DNA of 8,510 bases from Fastidiosibacter lacustris. GTDB taxonomy: Bacteria > Pseudomonadota > Gammaproteobacteria > Francisellales > Francisellaceae. The stretch spans positions 1 through 8,510 of the forward strand of contig NZ_QLIR01000031.1 of NCBI RefSeq assembly GCF_003428155.1, written 5' to 3'. The position numbers and the translations under genes were made by a program. Shown here one piece after another: positions 6,626 to 8,510 of the stretch (position 1 is its first letter; every line of letters begins with the position of its first letter). The notes under the pieces were generated by a model. It saw nothing but the letters and a program-made list of their open reading frames with translations, made no database searches and was not told the origin of the DNA.

Positions 6626-6739
6626 CTAGTACCCGATTATTTAAAATGATCCTTGATACTATAAAAATAATAACCACCAGTTATATCAATTACCATGATG
6701 GATTATACATCATGACACATTTAATGAATCGGGCACTAG
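6626..6739. repeat. 114-bp element bounded by a 13-bp inverted repeat (12/13) with internal hairpins
   Basis: CTAGTACCCGATT (6626-6638) pairs with AATCGGGCACTAG (6727-6739), with one A/C mismatch. Internal stems are TTGATA (6653-6658)/TATCAA (6684-6689) and CATGATG (6694-6700)/CATCATG (6708-6714) with a 7-nt loop. TTTT follows on the plus strand (6740-6743). Confidence 0.4.
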
Positions 6740-6822
6740 TTTTGTAGAGGTTACCAAAATTATTTTAGATTAAATGACAAAATATTCGAATAGTTATGGC
6801 GCTTTTTTTGAATAAGTTTATC

Positions 6823-6831
6823 TGTTAAAAT
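6823..6831 (+). promoter_or_regulatory. Candidate extended -10 promoter for pepD
   Basis: TGtTAAAAT is at 6823-6831, about 40 nt upstream of the pepD ATG. There is no good -35, which extended -10 promoters tolerate. Confidence 0.3.
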
Positions 6832-6870
6832 CTATCACATTATTTTGTAATATTTATATGGAGAGAATAT

Positions 6871-8346
6871 ATGACTGAGCAATTGGAGATGATACAAAAA
6901 ATGGATTTAAAGGCATTAAAAAGTGAAAAAATTTGGCAATACTTTATAGAAATAACGCAAATTCCAAGACCAACTTTTCATGAAGAAAAAATTAAAGCTT
7001 ATTTGTTAAATTGGGCGGTTGAACAAGGATTTAGTTACAAACTAGATGATGCAGATAATATTGTTATATTTGTACCAGCAAGTAAAGGTTATGAATCTCA
7101 TCCTACTGTTGTATTACAAGTACATAAAGACATGGTTTGTGAAAAAAATGCAGATATAGAGTTTGATTTTTTAAATGACAGTTTGCAATTGGAACTTTGT
7201 AATGGTTGGCTTAAGGCAAAAGGAACAACCTTAGGTGCTGATAATGGCTTAGGTATTGCTGCTGCAATGGCTGTTTCAACAGAAAAAAATATTAAACGCC
7301 CTGCACTTGAACTCTTAATAACCGCTTCAGAAGAACGAGGTTTAGTTGGAGCGAATAACCTCAGTAAAGATATATTAACTGCAAAAACGATGATTAACTT
7401 AGATACGGAAAGTTGGGGCGATATTTACGTTGGCTGCGCAGGTTCTCAATCAGCTAAATTAACTTTTGCTCTAGATGAAGTAACTCAAAGCGAAGAATTT
7501 ATTAGCTTTGAGCTTATCATAAGTGGCTTAAAAGGTGGTCATTCAGGTTTAGATATTGATAAACCAAGAATTAATGCAGCAAAATTTTTAAGTTTATTAT
7601 TAAATGATTTAGATCAAGCTATTGAATTTAACATCAGTCATATAGATGCAGGTAATTTACCAAACGCGATTCCAAGAGAAGCAAAAGCCGTTATTTCTTG
7701 TCAGCCTCAAGATGAAATAAAGTTTAAAACTAGAGTAAATAATTATTTTCAGTTATGGAAAGCAATTTATCAGAAAAGTGAGCCAAATTTTAACTTGCAA
7801 ATAAAAGCAACGACTCGACAAAAATCATGTTTTAGCTTTGTACTAAAAGATAAACTTATAAATTTATTATCAGTGATTCACTCAGGTGTATTGGCAATGA
7901 GTTCAGCTATGTCAAACTTAGTAGAGAGTTCAAATAATTTGTCTTCAATCAAACTAAAAGATAATAAACTTATAATTACGATTTATGCCCGCAGTGATAA
8001 TAATTTAGGTATTTCAACTTTTATGCAAGGTATTGAACGTAATGCAAAGCAAAATGGCGCTGATTTTGAAAAATCACAGCTTTCTCCTGGCTGGAAACCA
8101 GATATGAGCTCTAGGATACTTGAAATTGCCAAAGAAAGTTATTTTGCTTTATGCCAACAGCAAGCAAGTATCAAAGCGATACATGCAGGCTTAGAATGTG
8201 GTGCAATTGCAGATAAGTATCCACAAATGGATATGGTTTCAATCGGTCCTACGATAAAAGATGCACATTCACCTGATGAAAAAGTTGATATATCAACTGT
8301 AAGTGATTTCTATCAATTACTAAAAAATATGCTTGAACGTTTATAG
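6871..8346 (+). CDS. pepD: Xaa-His (aminoacyl-histidine) dipeptidase PepD, peptidase family M20C
   Basis: 491-aa ORF collinear with E. coli PepD (485 aa). Matches include IPRPTFHEE, VLQVHKDMV (versus VLQAHLDMV), GTTLGADNGLG, TASEERG (versus TMTEEAG) and INLDTE. Further matches are LKGGHSG, NAIPREA, PGWKPD, IHAGLECG and MVSIGPTIKDAHSPDE. The metal-binding His, Asp and Glu positions are retained. A strong SD GGAGAG lies 5 nt upstream of the ATG at 6871. Confidence 0.92.
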   Translation: MTEQLEMIQKMDLKALKSEKIWQYFIEITQIPRPTFHEEKIKAYLLNWAVEQGFSYKLDDADNIVIFVPASKGYESHPTVVLQVHKDMVCEKNADIEFDFLNDSLQLELCNGWLKAKGTTLGADNGLGIAAAMAVSTEKNIKRPALELLITASEERGLVGANNLSKDILTAKTMINLDTESWGDIYVGCAGSQSAKLTFALDEVTQSEEFISFELIISGLKGGHSGLDIDKPRINAAKFLSLLLNDLDQAIEFNISHIDAGNLPNAIPREAKAVISCQPQDEIKFKTRVNNYFQLWKAIYQKSEPNFNLQIKATTRQKSCFSFVLKDKLINLLSVIHSGVLAMSSAMSNLVESSNNLSSIKLKDNKLIITIYARSDNNLGISTFMQGIERNAKQNGADFEKSQLSPGWKPDMSSRILEIAKESYFALCQQQASIKAIHAGLECGAIADKYPQMDMVSIGPTIKDAHSPDEKVDISTVSDFYQLLKNMLERL

Positions 8347-8377
8347 AAAAAGGAAAATGTTAAATTAACGAGGACTT

Positions 8378-8510
8378 TTATTTCATTTCAACTTTGATTT
8401 TATCTAAGGTAGGTTTGATGTCAGAATAAGCTTTATCGATTTCCTGGTTAAATTGACCTTGACTTTGTGCCTTTAACACTTCCTCTACCTTTTGCTGTAA
8501 CTGATCTAGT
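8378..8510 (-). CDS. 3' end of an unidentified ORF (partial; its 5' end lies beyond the window)
   Basis: The minus-strand frame is open from the window edge to a TAA at 8380..8378. It encodes ...LDQLQQKVEEVLKAQSQGQFNQEIDKAYSDIKPTLDKIKVEMK*, which is helical or coiled-coil-like in composition. The ORF is not in the supplied ORF track, and I recognise no family. Confidence 0.35.
   Translation of the reverse strand, partial: LDQLQQKVEEVLKAQSQGQFNQEIDKAYSDIKPTLDKIKVEMK

Noticed and set aside
6646-6747. 33-aa plus-strand ORF (MILDTIKIITTSYINYHDGLYIMTHLMNRALVL) inside the IR-bounded element; possible leader peptide or small toxin
   Set aside because: There is no SD upstream of its ATG. The Ile/Thr richness is what AT-rich DNA yields by chance. 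It has no clear TM helix and no run of regulatory codons. I mention it only as something ribosome profiling could test.
6783-6792. Perfect 10-bp palindrome TATTCGAATA in the bax-pepD spacer; possible operator
   Set aside because: A 10-bp AT-rich palindrome is expected by chance with appreciable probability in a 316-bp AT-rich spacer. It has no second half-site or repeat copy, and its position relative to the candidate promoters is not telling.
1-8510. Search for a novel defence, mobile or secretion system (CRISPR repeats, integrase or transposase, TA pairs, tandem repeats, unusual multi-gene cassettes)
   Set aside because: Every long ORF has a clear housekeeping identity (anmK, dnaN, dnaA, bax, pepD) or is a small envelope protein. 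I found no repeat arrays, no mobile-element hallmarks and no block of unexplained ORFs. Claiming a new system here would not be supported by the sequence.

Overview
This is an AT-rich (about one-third G+C by eye) chromosomal segment of gammaproteobacterial type, centred on what looks like the replication origin. On the minus strand, right to left, lie dnaA (3499-5010; the ORF track extends it to a GTG at 5058) and dnaN (2356-3465). After an 81-bp gap comes a tightly packed trio: a membrane-anchored DsbC/DsbG-like thioredoxin-fold protein (1627-2274), an orphan protein with about 3 TM segments (1236-1676) and anmK (131-1234). Upstream of dnaA is a ~630-bp non-coding stretch with 2 perfect, 8 one-mismatch and 2 two-mismatch DnaA boxes around a strongly A-skewed AT-rich tract, a candidate oriC. 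It is followed by the SRP/4.5S RNA gene ffs (~5685-5790, +), a convergent Bax-family glucosaminidase gene (5793-6554, -) and a 316-bp divergent intergenic region. That region holds a 114-bp element bounded by inverted repeats. Next come pepD (6871-8346, +) and the 3' end of an unidentified convergent ORF (8378-8510, -). The left edge (1-100) is a GC-richer island with a strong-looking sigma70 promoter firing out of the window. I found no CRISPR array, tRNA, transposase or integrase, toxin-antitoxin pair, or recognisable defence or secretion module. My honest reading is that this is a core housekeeping and origin region. The points worth a second look are mostly non-coding: origin architecture, the IR-bounded element upstream of pepD, the truncated left-edge transcript, and the odd Dsb-like/orphan membrane gene pair. 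All homology statements rest on remembered E. coli sequences and motif recognition, not on searches.
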